A DNA stretch of 64,000 bases, from assembly GCA_937625935.1 (NCBI GenBank), contig OW569357.1, forward strand, positions 434,001 to 498,000, given 5' to 3'. The stretch is from Tetramitus jugosus. Taxonomy: Eukaryota; Protista; Heterolobosea. Shown here piece by piece: positions 63,587-64,000 of this stretch (position 1 is its first letter; each line of letters starts with the position of its first letter). The translations under genes and the position numbers were made by a program. Under the pieces are notes generated by a model. That model was not told where the DNA came from and did no database searches. It was given only the letters and a program-made list of their open reading frames with translations.

Positions 63587-64000
63587 ACTCTTGCCTCCAT
63601 AGTGTAAAACCATGTAATGCATCACATGATATTCCTTGATGTAGTCCAAACTACTATCCGGATTCTTTGCTGAGCCTAGAGATGTCACTGGGACACAACT
63701 AAAACAATATTCTGCTCACATAACTTTGCTCCCTTGAGACCACCTCCAATCTCGTCAGTCTCTCTCATGGGTGTCTGTGCTTGAACTTGTGTGGTACTGT
63801 CAGCACTTCTGTGTCTTCTCTTCTTCCTTGTCAGAACCTTTTCTTATCGTTCGACAGTTCATTTCTTGCACTCTCAGCACCCGTAAGGGAAGACAGCTCT
63901 CGAAATCCTTCTTATTTGCTAAACTTTTTTCGTGTCTTCAAGGCAGTCCGTGTACTGAGAGAGTTCTGGAAAAGGTTCATTGTTTCTTGTGTTGTTGATT

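Noticed and set aside
63600-64000. Possible gene at the right edge
   Set aside because: Only short frames on both strands; no supportable gene model within the window.

Overview
Gene-dense eukaryotic (protist) genomic DNA, roughly 40% GC by eye. It holds about 33 protein-coding genes plus a partial gene at the left edge, with short intergenic spaces, few short GT(A/G)(T/A)G..AG introns, A/C-rich 5' leaders and many poly-Q/N/T/S tracts. The style and gene content (RGS-START fusion, RCC1-like proteins, RasGEF, SHAQKY Myb) resemble heterolobosean amoebae such as Naegleria relatives; this is inference only. Housekeeping genes: CWF19L2, EBP2, RPL36, ICMT, YIP1, ICT1, an ABCC transporter, beta-carbonic anhydrase, isoaspartyl peptidase, PAP2, a ThrE-type exporter and an ATG27/M6PR-like protein. 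I found no rRNA, tRNA, CRISPR array or transposon. The most unusual items are domain fusions read directly from the translations: (1) a TPR + lipoyl-carrier + Zn-sirtuin protein; (2) a UBA + caspase-like + PPPDE/DeSI-like double cysteine protease; (3) an RME-8/DNAJC13-like protein whose J-domain appears cleanly absent; (4) a kinase-less PH-like scaffold carrying Hippo/MST-type 'GTM' motifs; (5) a secreted twin CBM52-like lectin; (6) BRCT fused to a degenerate PD-(D/E)XK-like fold; (7) a C2-MUN-GRAM Munc13-like protein; (8) a long hairpin inside an oversized intron. All domain calls come from motif recognition by eye, not from database searches.
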